The translations under genes and the position numbers were made by a program. From positions 32,001-96,000 of the forward strand of contig JBGARZ010000026.1 of assembly GCA_044229975.1 (NCBI GenBank): 64,000 bases of DNA. Direction: 5' to 3'. The stretch is from Polyangiales bacterium (lineage in GTDB: Bacteria > Myxococcota_A > Polyangia > Polyangiales > Ga0077539). Shown piece by piece: positions 17,173 through 26,533 of this stretch (its first letter is position 1; each line of letters begins with the position of its first letter). Under the pieces are notes generated by a model. It was not told where the DNA came from. It made no database searches and saw only the letters and a list, made by a program, of their open reading frames with translations.

Positions 17173-19458
17173 ATGTCGCCGACCCGCACCCACGTCCCCT
17201 GGCCCGAGCTCGCCGCGCTCGGCGCGCTCTTCGTCGCCGTCGCGGCGTGGAGCGGATCGGGCCGCCCGGTGGACCCGCGCGGGATGTCCCTCGCCGCGGT
17301 CGCGGTGCTCATCGCGCTCTCGCCCCGTCGGCTCACCAAGGTCGGCCACGGCGCGCAGGCCGAGGCCATCGCCGTCGCCGCTGCGCTCGGCGCGCTCTCC
17401 GTCGCCACCGTGGTCGCAGGCTTCGGCCCGCCTTCTGCGGCGCTCCGCATCGCCCACGCCCTCGCCTCGGGCGAGCTGCTCGGGCTCTCCACGGTGCTCG
17501 CCTTCGCGCAGCCCATGCGCACGTCGTCGCTGCGCCGCGCCGCGCTCCCGGGCCTCTTCGTCGCCGCGCTCGGAACCGCTGGGCTCTGGCCCGGCGCCGT
17601 CCATTGGTTCCCGGGTGCGCGTGCGCTTGCGCCCGCTGCGGCGGCCATCGCGGCGCTGCTGCACCTCGCTGCGCTCCAGCGACCGACCCCGCCCGTCGAG
17701 CGCGCCCGCTGGATCTACCCCACCCTCGGCGTCACCGCCCTCGCCCTCGCCACCGTTGCGCGGGCCCTCTCGGGGTCGGGCGACGGTGCGCTCTTCGCGT
17801 GGGGTCTCGGGGTCGCGGCTCACGTCGTCGGCCTCGTGGTCGGACACGCCGACGCCTCCGCGGCGAAGGCGGGTCCCTTCGCGCGGCGCACCTTCGCGGC
17901 CTGCCTTGGGTTCATGGCGGGAGCCGTGGCGCTGGTTTTCGGTCCCGACGCGCCGATGACGGCGATGGGCGTCGGGCTCGGCGTCGCCGCCTTTGTATTG
18001 CCGCTCATCGATCGCTGGTACCGGCCCGTCGAGGGTCGCCTGCTCGACGCCTGCGACCGCATCGAACGCAACCTCGCGCGCGCGGAGGGCCTCGATGAGC
18101 TCGCGGCGGCGGTGCTCGATCCGCTGCGCGAGGCGGCGCGAAATCTGCGAGCGCCCGCGGCGTTCTGGGTGCTCGACGGCGCGCGGGTGCTGAGGGTCGA
18201 CGTCGCGGGGACCCCGTCGGTCGGAGCGTTTTCCATCGAGGCCGAGAAGGCGCTGGTGACGTGGCTGCGAACGCGCCCGTCGGTGGTCTTCACCGACACG
18301 CTGCGGCCTCACCTCGTGCAACGTCCGGAGCTGCGGCCCGTGGCCGACGCGCTCGACGCGCATGAAGCCTTCGCGGCGGTTCCGCTGTGCGACGCCGACC
18401 AGCTCCTCGGGGTGGTGCTCGTCCCGCGCGGCGAGCGATCGACGCCCGCGAGCTTCGAGGAGGAGAGTCGCCTGGAGGTCGTTCGGCGGCTGGTGGAGGG
18501 AGCGCTGCTCCGCATCCTGGCGGCGGAGCGATCGGCCGCGCGGGCGGCAGAGGCGCAGCGTCGTGAGGCCGTGGAGAAGCGTCGCGCGGAGGATGCCGAG
18601 CGCGAGCTCACCCGCGTGGGCGCGCTGGTGGTGGAGTCGTCGTCCGTGGCGGCGCTCGGAACGCTCGCGACGAAGTGGGTCGCGTACGCCCCGGCCTCGC
18701 GGGTGTTTCAGTCGGCGCTCGACGCGCTCGCGACGACGGACGGACCGGTGGCGCTCGTCACGACGGCCAACGTGTCGGCGCGCGCGGCCGCGGCGCGACT
18801 GCACGCGCAGGGCCCGCGGGCGGCGCGCGGGCTGATGGTGTTCGACGCGTCGTCGGTGGACATGCGGGCGGTGCTGCCGGCGCTGCTCGGCGACGCGCGC
18901 GGTGAGGCGCCCTCCCCCGGTTGGCTGGAGCGCGCGGTGGGCGCGACGCTGCTCATCGAGAACGTGGTGGCCCTGGGTCACGAGGGGCTGACGGCGCTCG
19001 CGGGGGCGCTCGACCGCGGCGTCGGTCGTCGCCTCGGAGACCAGACGGCCTACGCCGTGGACGTGCGGGTGATCGTGACGCTGCCGAAGGAGCCGTCGGA
19101 GTGCGACCTGCCGGTGTCCCTGCTCCGCCGACTCATCGACCGCACGGCGCGGGTGCCGTCGCTGCGCGAGCGATCGGACGACCTCGAGTCACTCGTGTAC
19201 GCGACCATCGACCGCGCCTGCCGCTGCGCCGACCGCAGCCCCCTCGGCATCGCGCCTGACGCGCTCGCGGCGCTGCGCGCGCACGCCTGGCCCGGTGAGC
19301 TGCCCGAGCTCGATGCCGTCATCGCCCACGCCGTCGCCCACGCCCGCGGCTCGCGCATCCAGACGGACGATCTGCCGCCGGTCGTGCGCGCGTCGGTGTT
19401 CACGATCGCGCGCCGTGACGACGACGAGCACGACCGCGGCGCCAGCTACGACGACTGA
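17173..19458 (+). CDS. Multi-TM protein with GAF-like region and degenerate sigma54-activator AAA+ domain
   Basis: About 8 hydrophobic helices, then GWLERAVGATLLIENV, VDVRVI, VPSLRERSDD, HAWPGELPEL; Walker A, GAFTGA and HTH absent. Start 17128 or 17173. Confidence 0.7.
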   Translation: MSPTRTHVPWPELAALGALFVAVAAWSGSGRPVDPRGMSLAAVAVLIALSPRRLTKVGHGAQAEAIAVAAALGALSVATVVAGFGPPSAALRIAHALASGELLGLSTVLAFAQPMRTSSLRRAALPGLFVAALGTAGLWPGAVHWFPGARALAPAAAAIAALLHLAALQRPTPPVERARWIYPTLGVTALALATVARALSGSGDGALFAWGLGVAAHVVGLVVGHADASAAKAGPFARRTFAACLGFMAGAVALVFGPDAPMTAMGVGLGVAAFVLPLIDRWYRPVEGRLLDACDRIERNLARAEGLDELAAAVLDPLREAARNLRAPAAFWVLDGARVLRVDVAGTPSVGAFSIEAEKALVTWLRTRPSVVFTDTLRPHLVQRPELRPVADALDAHEAFAAVPLCDADQLLGVVLVPRGERSTPASFEEESRLEVVRRLVEGALLRILAAERSAARAAEAQRREAVEKRRAEDAERELTRVGALVVESSSVAALGTLATKWVAYAPASRVFQSALDALATTDGPVALVTTANVSARAAAARLHAQGPRAARGLMVFDASSVDMRAVLPALLGDARGEAPSPGWLERAVGATLLIENVVALGHEGLTALAGALDRGVGRRLGDQTAYAVDVRVIVTLPKEPSECDLPVSLLRRLIDRTARVPSLRERSDDLESLVYATIDRACRCADRSPLGIAPDALAALRAHAWPGELPELDAVIAHAVAHARGSRIQTDDLPPVVRASVFTIARRDDDEHDRGASYDD

Positions 19459-19463
19459 CCCGG

Positions 19464-20168
19464 TCAGTTGGGGAGGTCGCGCGGGTCGACGCCGCCGCGG
19501 ATGACACGGAGCTTCGGGCCGCTGTCCTTGCGGGCGCGCGCCGGACGCGGATCGCGCGTGTTGCCCGCCACCACGCCGACGAGGTACCCGGCGAGCGCCA
19601 GCACCGACTCGGGGCTCTTGTAGACGAGGAAGCTGAGCCCGACGAAGACGCCGTAGAACGCTGCGCACTGACGCCCCGTGAGGGAGCCGAGCGTGAGAAA
19701 CGACACGCGCTGCTTGCCGGTGGACATGCACCAGGCCGCACCGAGCATCGCGCTCGCCGCCGCGGGTGACCACGCGCGCTGCACCCAGAAGGGCGTGTAG
19801 ACGGCCCCGACGGCCATGAACACCACGGCGCCGATGAGCACCGCGACGGTCATCGTGATCGCGAGGCGCCGCAGCCCCCATCGAAGCTCCATCGGGCTGC
19901 CGACGAACCACAGGGTGAGGGCAGTCCAGAGGATCCCCTGGATGCCCTGCGGGTCGTGCAGCAGCGCGTGCGTCACGAGGCGCCACACCTGCCCCTGGGC
20001 GACGCGCGACGGGATGAGCACCAGCGCCGCGAAGGGCCCGTTGGGGTCGACGGAGCCGCCCGACCCGATCAGCGCCTCGATGAGCCACACGGCCACGAAG
20101 AACGCCGTCAGCATCTTCATCGATCGCGAGAACGGCGGGAGTTCGATCTTCACGTTCGGCGAGCTCAT
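19464..20168 (-). CDS. Rhomboid-like membrane protein, probably inactive
   Basis: GQVWRLVTHALLH and LWFVGSPMELRWG match rhomboid L1/TM2; GxSG and the catalytic His are not evident. Confidence 0.75.
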   Translation of the reverse strand: MSSPNVKIELPPFSRSMKMLTAFFVAVWLIEALIGSGGSVDPNGPFAALVLIPSRVAQGQVWRLVTHALLHDPQGIQGILWTALTLWFVGSPMELRWGLRRLAITMTVAVLIGAVVFMAVGAVYTPFWVQRAWSPAAASAMLGAAWCMSTGKQRVSFLTLGSLTGRQCAAFYGVFVGLSFLVYKSPESVLALAGYLVGVVAGNTRDPRPARARKDSGPKLRVIRGGVDPRDLPN

Positions 20169-20222
20169 GGATCCGTACATTGACAGCGGAGACGGTCCGG
20201 CGATACGCCCGTCGCCGCACCG

Positions 20223-20954
20223 ATGCACCATGTGATCTACGGTTTCCTCGTCACGTTCCACCACCAGACGCCCAACGCGGGGGCGGGGCACGCGCCGGGC
20301 ACCCTGGAGCTCATCGCGCAAGCGACGCTCCCGGTGAAGCTGGTGCTCGCGCTCCTGCTCTTCTTCTCGCTGATCTGCTGGTACATCATCGGATACAAGT
20401 GGCTCTATCTCCGCCGCGCCTTCGCGGAGAACGAAGCCTTCCTCGTGATCTTCGAGCAGACGCGGCAGCTCAACGTCGCCGCCGAGGCCGCCTCACAGCG
20501 CCCGCGCAGCCCCGTCGCGGCGATGTACCGCGCGGGCTACGACGAGCTCCTGCGCGTGAAGGCCGCGTCCGATGGTGAAGACGCCCCGGGCATCGAAAAC
20601 GTCGAGCGCGCCCTGCGCCGCGCCCACGCCCGGCAGACCACCGTGCTCGAAAGCATGATCCCCTTCCTGGCGACCACCGGCAGCACGGCCCCCTTCATCG
20701 GCCTCTTCGGAACCGTCTACGGCATCATGCACGCCTTCGTGCAGCTCTCCGCGTCGCGCGACACCGCGACCATCGACCGCGTCGGCCCCGGCATCGCCGA
20801 GGCGCTCTTCACCACCGCCGTCGGCCTGGTCGCCGCCATCCCCGCGGTCATCGCGTACAACTACTTCGTGCGCCGCCTCCGCATCATCACGACGGAGATG
20901 GACATCTTCGGCAACGACTTCCTCAACATCGTGCGCCGGCACATCCTGAAGTAG
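20223..20954 (+). CDS. tolQ: TolQ/ExbB proton channel
   Basis: FLATTGSTAPFIGLFGTVYGIM, PGIAEALFTTAVGLVAAIPAVIAYN. Confidence 0.9.
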   Translation: MHHVIYGFLVTFHHQTPNAGAGHAPGTLELIAQATLPVKLVLALLLFFSLICWYIIGYKWLYLRRAFAENEAFLVIFEQTRQLNVAAEAASQRPRSPVAAMYRAGYDELLRVKAASDGEDAPGIENVERALRRAHARQTTVLESMIPFLATTGSTAPFIGLFGTVYGIMHAFVQLSASRDTATIDRVGPGIAEALFTTAVGLVAAIPAVIAYNYFVRRLRIITTEMDIFGNDFLNIVRRHILK

Positions 20955-20963
20955 CCGACGGCC

Positions 20964-21407
20964 ATGTCGTTCTCCACCAACAGCGGCGGCGGCACGGGGC
21001 CGATGAGCGAGATCAACGTCACGCCGCTCGTCGACGTGATGCTCGTGCTGCTCATCATCTTCATGGTGACCGCCCCGATGGTGCAGGCCGGCCTCCGGGT
21101 CGACCTCCCCAACGCCGAGGCCCCGGCCATCCCCAACGCCGAGCAGAAGCTCCGCATCACCATCGGTCACGAGGACGCCAACGTCCCCACGTCGCCCATC
21201 GCCGTCTGGATCGGCCGCGACAAGACCACCCTCGAACGCCTCACCGAGCAGCTCCGCGCCAACGCCATCGTGCAGCGCGACCACGAGGCGTACATCCAGG
21301 CCGACGAGAGCATTCCCTACGGCATCGTCGTGCGCGTGCTCGCCGCGATGCGCACGGCCGGGGTCGAGCGACTCGGCATCGTCACCGACCCCCTCACCAG
21401 TCAGTAA
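20964..21407 (+). CDS. tolR: TolR/ExbD
   Basis: SEINVTPLVDVMLVLLIIFMVTAPM, QADESIPYG. Confidence 0.9.
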   Translation: MSFSTNSGGGTGPMSEINVTPLVDVMLVLLIIFMVTAPMVQAGLRVDLPNAEAPAIPNAEQKLRITIGHEDANVPTSPIAVWIGRDKTTLERLTEQLRANAIVQRDHEAYIQADESIPYGIVVRVLAAMRTAGVERLGIVTDPLTSQ

Positions 21408-21410
21408 CGG

Positions 21411-22004
21411 TCACGCCGCGGCGTCGAGGCCCATCTGCTCGCGCAGCGCGCAGCGCGTGCGCCACAGCTTGCTCTTCACGGCCGCGACCGGCTGCCCCAC
21501 GGCGTCGGCGATCTCCGCGCAGGACTCTCCGCCGATGGAGCGTTCGAGGAGGGCGCGCTTGTCCGTGGGCAGGGCCTCCAGGCGATCGCTCACCCGGTCG
21601 AGGTCGACGCGGGCCATCACGTACGACTCCGGGTCGCGGAACGCGGTGCCCGCTTCGAGGTTCTGCTCGCACTCGGCGCCCGCGTGCTCGCCGAGCCGAT
21701 CGACCCCGCGCTTGCGGGCCGCCGCACGTCGCCGCTGGTAGAGCGCCGCGTTGACCACGATGCTGTACATCCAGCTCGCGACGGCCGCGTCGCCGCGGAA
21801 GCGCTCGGCGTGGCGGAGGGCGCTCACCATTCCCTCCTGCACCGCGTCCCAGGCGTCGTCCTCGTTGCGCGTCACCCGCAGCGCCGCGTGAAAGAGCCGC
21901 GACTCGTACGACCGGAAGGCCGCTTCGACGGTGCGCTTGATCTCCGGCGCCACTGCCACGAGACCCACGACCTGACGACCGCCACCACTCTGAACTTCCA
22001 CCAC
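21411..22004 (-). CDS. ECF RNA polymerase sigma factor
   Basis: Region 2 DAWDAVQE...FRGDAAVASWMYSIVVN; region 4 SCAEIADAVGQPVAAVKSKLWR; GGAGG upstream of the GTG. Confidence 0.9.
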   Translation of the reverse strand: MVEVQSGGGRQVVGLVAVAPEIKRTVEAAFRSYESRLFHAALRVTRNEDDAWDAVQEGMVSALRHAERFRGDAAVASWMYSIVVNAALYQRRRAAARKRGVDRLGEHAGAECEQNLEAGTAFRDPESYVMARVDLDRVSDRLEALPTDKRALLERSIGGESCAEIADAVGQPVAAVKSKLWRTRCALREQMGLDAAA

Positions 22005-22051
22005 GCTCGTTCAACCTCCGTCTCGGCTCCGGCCGATGTGCCCAACCTTTG

Positions 22052-22067
22052 AGCAACGTCGGTGCCA
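22052..22067 (-). promoter_or_regulatory. Sigma54 (-24/-12) promoter for the ECF sigma gene
   Basis: Minus strand TGGCAC-CGACG-TTGCT matches TGGCAC-N5-TTGC exactly, 48 nt upstream of the start. Confidence 0.8.
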
Positions 22068-22257
22068 TCCGGGAAAGACCGCGAACGTGCCTTCGCGACC
22101 ACCGACGAGGTCCACGTTCTGTGACCCCCGGCGATGCCATCGGAGGGACCACGGCATCGTTTCGTTGCACTGCGCGACGGGGCGACGGGGTGGAGCGTCT
22201 GTCCAAGGCTCGTCGGCGGCGGAGGGTTCTGGTAGTGCAACCACAGGAGCCGCGACC

Positions 22258-23184
22258 GTGACCACGCCCCCGACGCTGCGACCGCCCCCCTCGCTCGACC
22301 CGAGCGTCCCGGGCATCTCCCGACCGTCGGTTCCGTTCGCGGTCGGCGTGCCGTCCGCGCCGCCGCCCCCGTCGCCGCTGCGACAGCGAGAGCGGGTCAC
22401 CTCCAGCGATGGGTCGGGCGTGGCGATGGGCCTCTTCGCGGCGGTGGTGGTGCACGGCCTCGTGGTGTTGTTGTCGGTGCGGCTGGGGCACGCCGAGGGC
22501 AACGTCGCCACGCGACCCCACGACGCGCGCGAAGACCAGATCCTGGAGACGCACCTCCTTCAACAGGGCGGCGGGGTGTTCGATCCGCGGCAGCAGGTGC
22601 ACCGGGAGGTTCCGATTCGCGCCGAGCGCGAGGCGCCGCAGGCGGTGACGCCGACCGCCGACCCCACGCAGGTTCGCCTCGCCCCCGACGCCGGCCCGCA
22701 GGACTACATGGCCGCGATCACCCAGCGCACCCGCCGCGGATCGGGCAATCAAGACCTCGCCGAGATGGATCGCATCGCGCACATGGCAGCGCTGGAGCAG
22801 GCGGCCGATCCCACGGTCGCCGGCCCGGGTGATCCCACGGGCAGCGCGCACGGCGACACCACCGACCCGGCGCTCGCGACCCGCGGCGCCGGAACGAAGA
22901 TCGACCGCTTCCTGCGCGACCACATCCGCACGTCGGCGACGCTCACTGGCAGCGAGTCGCGCGAGGTGGTGTTTCGCATCCGCCTCGACGCGACGGGCGC
23001 CATCGAGTTGGCCGAGCAGGGTGCGTCATCGGGCAACGAGAGCCTCGACGGCGACATCCTCGGTCAGGCGCAGCGCCTCGCCACCGACCACGCCCGCATC
23101 CCCGACCTCACGCCCGAAGAACTCCAGAGCGTGGCCGGGCGCACCATCAACATCCGCGTCCCCATGGCGGGCATCACGCACTGA
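22258..23184 (+). CDS. TolA/TonB-like energy transducer
   Basis: Pro-rich N-terminus, single TM with His (AAVVVHGLVVLL), C-terminal FRIRLDATG...SSGNESLD; lies before tolB; AGGAG before the GTG. Confidence 0.7.
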   Translation: MTTPPTLRPPPSLDPSVPGISRPSVPFAVGVPSAPPPPSPLRQRERVTSSDGSGVAMGLFAAVVVHGLVVLLSVRLGHAEGNVATRPHDAREDQILETHLLQQGGGVFDPRQQVHREVPIRAEREAPQAVTPTADPTQVRLAPDAGPQDYMAAITQRTRRGSGNQDLAEMDRIAHMAALEQAADPTVAGPGDPTGSAHGDTTDPALATRGAGTKIDRFLRDHIRTSATLTGSESREVVFRIRLDATGAIELAEQGASSGNESLDGDILGQAQRLATDHARIPDLTPEELQSVAGRTINIRVPMAGITH

Positions 23185-23240
23185 CGTTCCGCGCGTCTCG
23201 CTTCGCTTCGAGGGGGAGTGTCCGTTAGAGTGCGCGGACG

Positions 23241-24527
23241 ATGCGACGGCAGCTCCCCTGGCTTCTCATCTCGGTCGCTGCGGCGGCCGCGGTGCTCCCC
23301 CCACTGCTCTCGGACGCGCAGCCGCTGCCGCCCACTCCACCGACGCCGCCGGGCAACGGCGAGCTCACCATCACCCTGTCGGGTCTCGAAGCGCGGCTCC
23401 TCCCGGTGGCCATCCCCGCCTTTCGCGGCACCGGGGGCGACGCCGTCTCCGCCATCGTCTCCAACGACCTGCGACTGAGCTCGCTCTTCCGCGTGCTCGA
23501 CGCGCGATCGTTTACCGCCGACCTCGACGCCGAGGGTCTCAACATCACCCCGGCCTCGTGGACCACCGTCGGCGCCACCGCCGTCGTGAAGGCCATGGTC
23601 ACCGGCTCCGGCGACGCGACCCGCATCGAGCTCAAGGTATGGGAGCCCGGCAGCCCCGCCGCGCCGCGCCTCACGCGCACCTACGGCCCCGGCGCGCCCC
23701 GCGCCCTCGCCCACCGCATCGCCAACGACCTCATCCTGCTCTACACGCGCACGGCGGGCGTGTTCGGGACGCGCATCGCGTTTGCGCGGCGCACGGGCAA
23801 CGGCCGCAAGCAGATCTTCTCCGTCGACTGTGATGGAGAAAACCTCTCGCAGGTCTCGGCGGGTCGGCGCCTCAACTTCACGCCCGCATGGGGCCCCGGC
23901 GGCATCTACTTCTCGTCGCAGACGCCCGACGGCTTCCTCGCGCTCTTCCGCCAGGGGCGCAGCGAGCCCGTGCTGCGCGCCGACGGGCTCGTGATGGGCG
24001 CGGCCTTCGGCGGCGGGCGCATGGCCGTGGTGCTCACCCGCGACGGCAACAGCGAGATCTACGTGGGCGGCACCGACGGGTCGAGCCTGCGCCGGCTCAC
24101 CAACGACTCCGGCGCGGACATCACCCCGGTGTGGTCGCCCGATGGGTCGAAGATCGCGTTCGTGAGCGACCGCTCGGGCGGGCCGCAGGTGTACGTGATG
24201 GACGCGGGCGGCGGCGGACAGCGCCGGGTGAGCTTCCAGGGCACGTACAACACCGGGCCCTCGTGGGCGCCCGACAGCAACACCCTCGCCTACGCGAGCC
24301 GCGGCAACGGCGGCACCGACATCTTTACGGTGGGCGTAAACGGCGGCGCGGTGCGTCGGCTCACCGAGGGTCAGGGGAGCAACACCGACCCGACGTACTC
24401 GCCCGACGGCCGGATGATCGCGTTCAGCTCCTCGCGTGGCGGCATCTTCCTGATGAACCAGGACGGCCTCAACCAGCAGCGCATCCTGCCCGGCACGGCG
24501 GAGGGTCTGCGCTGGGAGCCGCGATGA
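23241..24527 (+). CDS. tolB: TolB periplasmic beta-propeller protein
   Basis: Signal peptide, TolB_N (PVAIPAF, NDLRLS, AHRIAND, GVFGTRIAF), PD40 repeats (PVWSPDGSKIAFVSDRSG). Confidence 0.9.
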   Translation: MRRQLPWLLISVAAAAAVLPPLLSDAQPLPPTPPTPPGNGELTITLSGLEARLLPVAIPAFRGTGGDAVSAIVSNDLRLSSLFRVLDARSFTADLDAEGLNITPASWTTVGATAVVKAMVTGSGDATRIELKVWEPGSPAAPRLTRTYGPGAPRALAHRIANDLILLYTRTAGVFGTRIAFARRTGNGRKQIFSVDCDGENLSQVSAGRRLNFTPAWGPGGIYFSSQTPDGFLALFRQGRSEPVLRADGLVMGAAFGGGRMAVVLTRDGNSEIYVGGTDGSSLRRLTNDSGADITPVWSPDGSKIAFVSDRSGGPQVYVMDAGGGGQRRVSFQGTYNTGPSWAPDSNTLAYASRGNGGTDIFTVGVNGGAVRRLTEGQGSNTDPTYSPDGRMIAFSSSRGGIFLMNQDGLNQQRILPGTAEGLRWEPR

Positions 24528-25453
24528 CCGCGCGCTGGTCGACCGCGCTGTCCGCGCTCGCGGCGGTGGCGCTGGCTACGACCACCGCGGCCGCCCAATG
24601 CGACGTGCCCGACGCCGGTGACCCCGACGACCTCGGAACGCTCCGCGACACCTTCCCCGCCGACGAGGGCCTCGACGTCCCCACCGACAGCCCCGTGCGC
24701 CTGCGCTTCACGGGCTTCGTCCCGGCGGGCGCCTCGGTCTGCGTGAGCACCGCCGGGCGCATGGGGTGCCTCCCGGGCGCCGTCACCCTCGTCGGCGATG
24801 AGCTCGTGTGGACGAGCGGGGGAGGGCCGTTTGAGCCCTACACCAACTACCGCATCGACTACCGCGACTCGCTCAACAGCTTCCCCATCCGCTTTCGCGC
24901 CGGGCGCGGTCCGTCCGCGGGCCCACCTCCCTTCGCGGGCATCCGGGGCGCCACCGCCCGCGCCGTCGGTGGCGACTCGTGTGACGCCAATGCCTTCGAC
25001 ATCACGGTGCGCTTCAACCGCGTGACCTTCGACGCCGCGCTCGGCACGCCGTGGCCCGAGAGCGACGTCGAGTACGTGATCTACGCGACGCGCGGCCCGG
25101 GCATCGCGGGCCCGCGCGAGCGTGACCGGGTGCGCCTCCAGAGCTCTGGTTCGTCGACCGACGCGCAGGCCCAACGAACGTTCCGCATCAGCGGGCAGGA
25201 GGGGTCCGGGCCCGTGTGCTTCAGCGTGCAGGCCCTCGATCCGCTCGGGCGCGTGACCACCAACACGCGGGAGGAGTGCGTCGACCCCTCGCAGGGCAAC
25301 TACTTCCAGGGCTGCTCGGCCTCGCCCAACGCGCGACCCACGCGCTGGCCCGGCCTCGCCTGCGCGGCCCTCGCGCTGGCCATCGTCGGACGACGGCGGC
25401 AGCGGGCGCTGGTGTCGGCGCGGCGGTTGACGGTAGGGTCCGCGGCGTCGTGA
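24524..25453 (+). CDS. Secreted Ig-like protein with MYXO-CTERM-like C-terminal anchor
   Basis: ATGA overlap with tolB; signal peptide; TFPADEGLDVPTDSPVRLRF (Big_5-like); C-terminal GCSAS...hydrophobic...RRRQR. Confidence 0.7.
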   Translation: MTARWSTALSALAAVALATTTAAAQCDVPDAGDPDDLGTLRDTFPADEGLDVPTDSPVRLRFTGFVPAGASVCVSTAGRMGCLPGAVTLVGDELVWTSGGGPFEPYTNYRIDYRDSLNSFPIRFRAGRGPSAGPPPFAGIRGATARAVGGDSCDANAFDITVRFNRVTFDAALGTPWPESDVEYVIYATRGPGIAGPRERDRVRLQSSGSSTDAQAQRTFRISGQEGSGPVCFSVQALDPLGRVTTNTREECVDPSQGNYFQGCSASPNARPTRWPGLACAALALAIVGRRRQRALVSARRLTVGSAAS

Positions 25454-26106
25454 CCGTCCTTCTCGTTGGCGTCGCTGGTGGCAGCGGATCAGGCAAGAGC
25501 ACCATCGCCCGCTCGCTCGTGGAGTCGTTGCCCTCGCAGCACGTCACCGCCATCGAGCACGACGCCTACTACAACGACGTCGGGCACCTCTCGTACGAGG
25601 AACGCGCGCGCATCAACTTCGACCACCCCGAGTCGCTCGACAACCAGCTCTTCTGCGACCACCTCGACGCGCTGCGCGCGGGGCGCTCGGTGGAGAAGCC
25701 GCGCTACGACTTCTCGACGCACACCCGCACCGCGCAGACCGACCGGCTCGACCCGTCGCCCATCGTGGTGGTCGAAGGCATCCTGGTGCTCGCGCTGCCC
25801 GCCATCCGCGAGCGCCTCGACGTGAAGCTCTACGTCGACACCGACGCCGACATCCGGCTGATGCGCCGCATACGACGCGACCTCGAACAGCGCGGGCGAA
25901 CCTTCGCCCAGGTGCGGCAGCAGTACTACGAGTCCGTGCGACCGATGCACCTGGCCTTCGTCGAGCCGTCCAAGCGCTTCGCGGACATCATCATCCCCGA
26001 AGGGGGTCAAAACCGGGTGGCCCGCGAGATGATCCTCGCGATGCTCCAGAAGTTCGTGCGCGACGTCGACCTCGCCCGCACCGAAGCCATCACCCGAGAG
26101 GATTGA
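25450..26106 (+). CDS. udk: Uridine kinase
   Basis: GVAGGSGSGKST, DAYY, NFDHP, EGIL, RRIRRD, FVEPSKRFADIIIP. Confidence 0.95.
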   Translation: MTVLLVGVAGGSGSGKSTIARSLVESLPSQHVTAIEHDAYYNDVGHLSYEERARINFDHPESLDNQLFCDHLDALRAGRSVEKPRYDFSTHTRTAQTDRLDPSPIVVVEGILVLALPAIRERLDVKLYVDTDADIRLMRRIRRDLEQRGRTFAQVRQQYYESVRPMHLAFVEPSKRFADIIIPEGGQNRVAREMILAMLQKFVRDVDLARTEAITRED

Positions 26107-26119
26107 AGGTTCGCTCCCC

Positions 26120-26482
26120 ATGACCCGAATCGCCATCGCCGGAACCGACCGGATCGTGGTCGCCGCCGCAGGCGCCTCGCTGCTCGAAACCCTCCAGACC
26201 GAGGGCTATCCCATCGCGACCTCGTGCGGGGGCGTGGCCACCTGCGGGCTCTGCAAGGTCACCATCAAGGAGGGCAAGGAGCAGCTCTCCCCGATCTGTC
26301 CCGAGGAGATCAACCACCTCGGGTCCATCGCCAAGATCGTCGGGCTGCGCCTCGCGTGTCAGGCCCGCTGCTCGGGCGAGGGTGAGGTCAAGGTGGAGGT
26401 CCCCGAGGTCGAGGACGTCGCCGCTCGCAAGGCCGCCAAGGCCGAGCGCCTCCGTCAGCTCCGCAACCCCGGCCGCCGCTGA
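26120..26482 (+). CDS. 2Fe-2S ferredoxin
   Basis: CGGVATCGLC...RLACQ (CX5CX2C...C). Confidence 0.88.
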   Translation: MTRIAIAGTDRIVVAAAGASLLETLQTEGYPIATSCGGVATCGLCKVTIKEGKEQLSPICPEEINHLGSIAKIVGLRLACQARCSGEGEVKVEVPEVEDVAARKAAKAERLRQLRNPGRR

Positions 26483-26533
26483 CCGACGCCATCGGCTTCC
26501 GGTCGGCGCACGGCGCGGGGTAGAACGTCCCGC

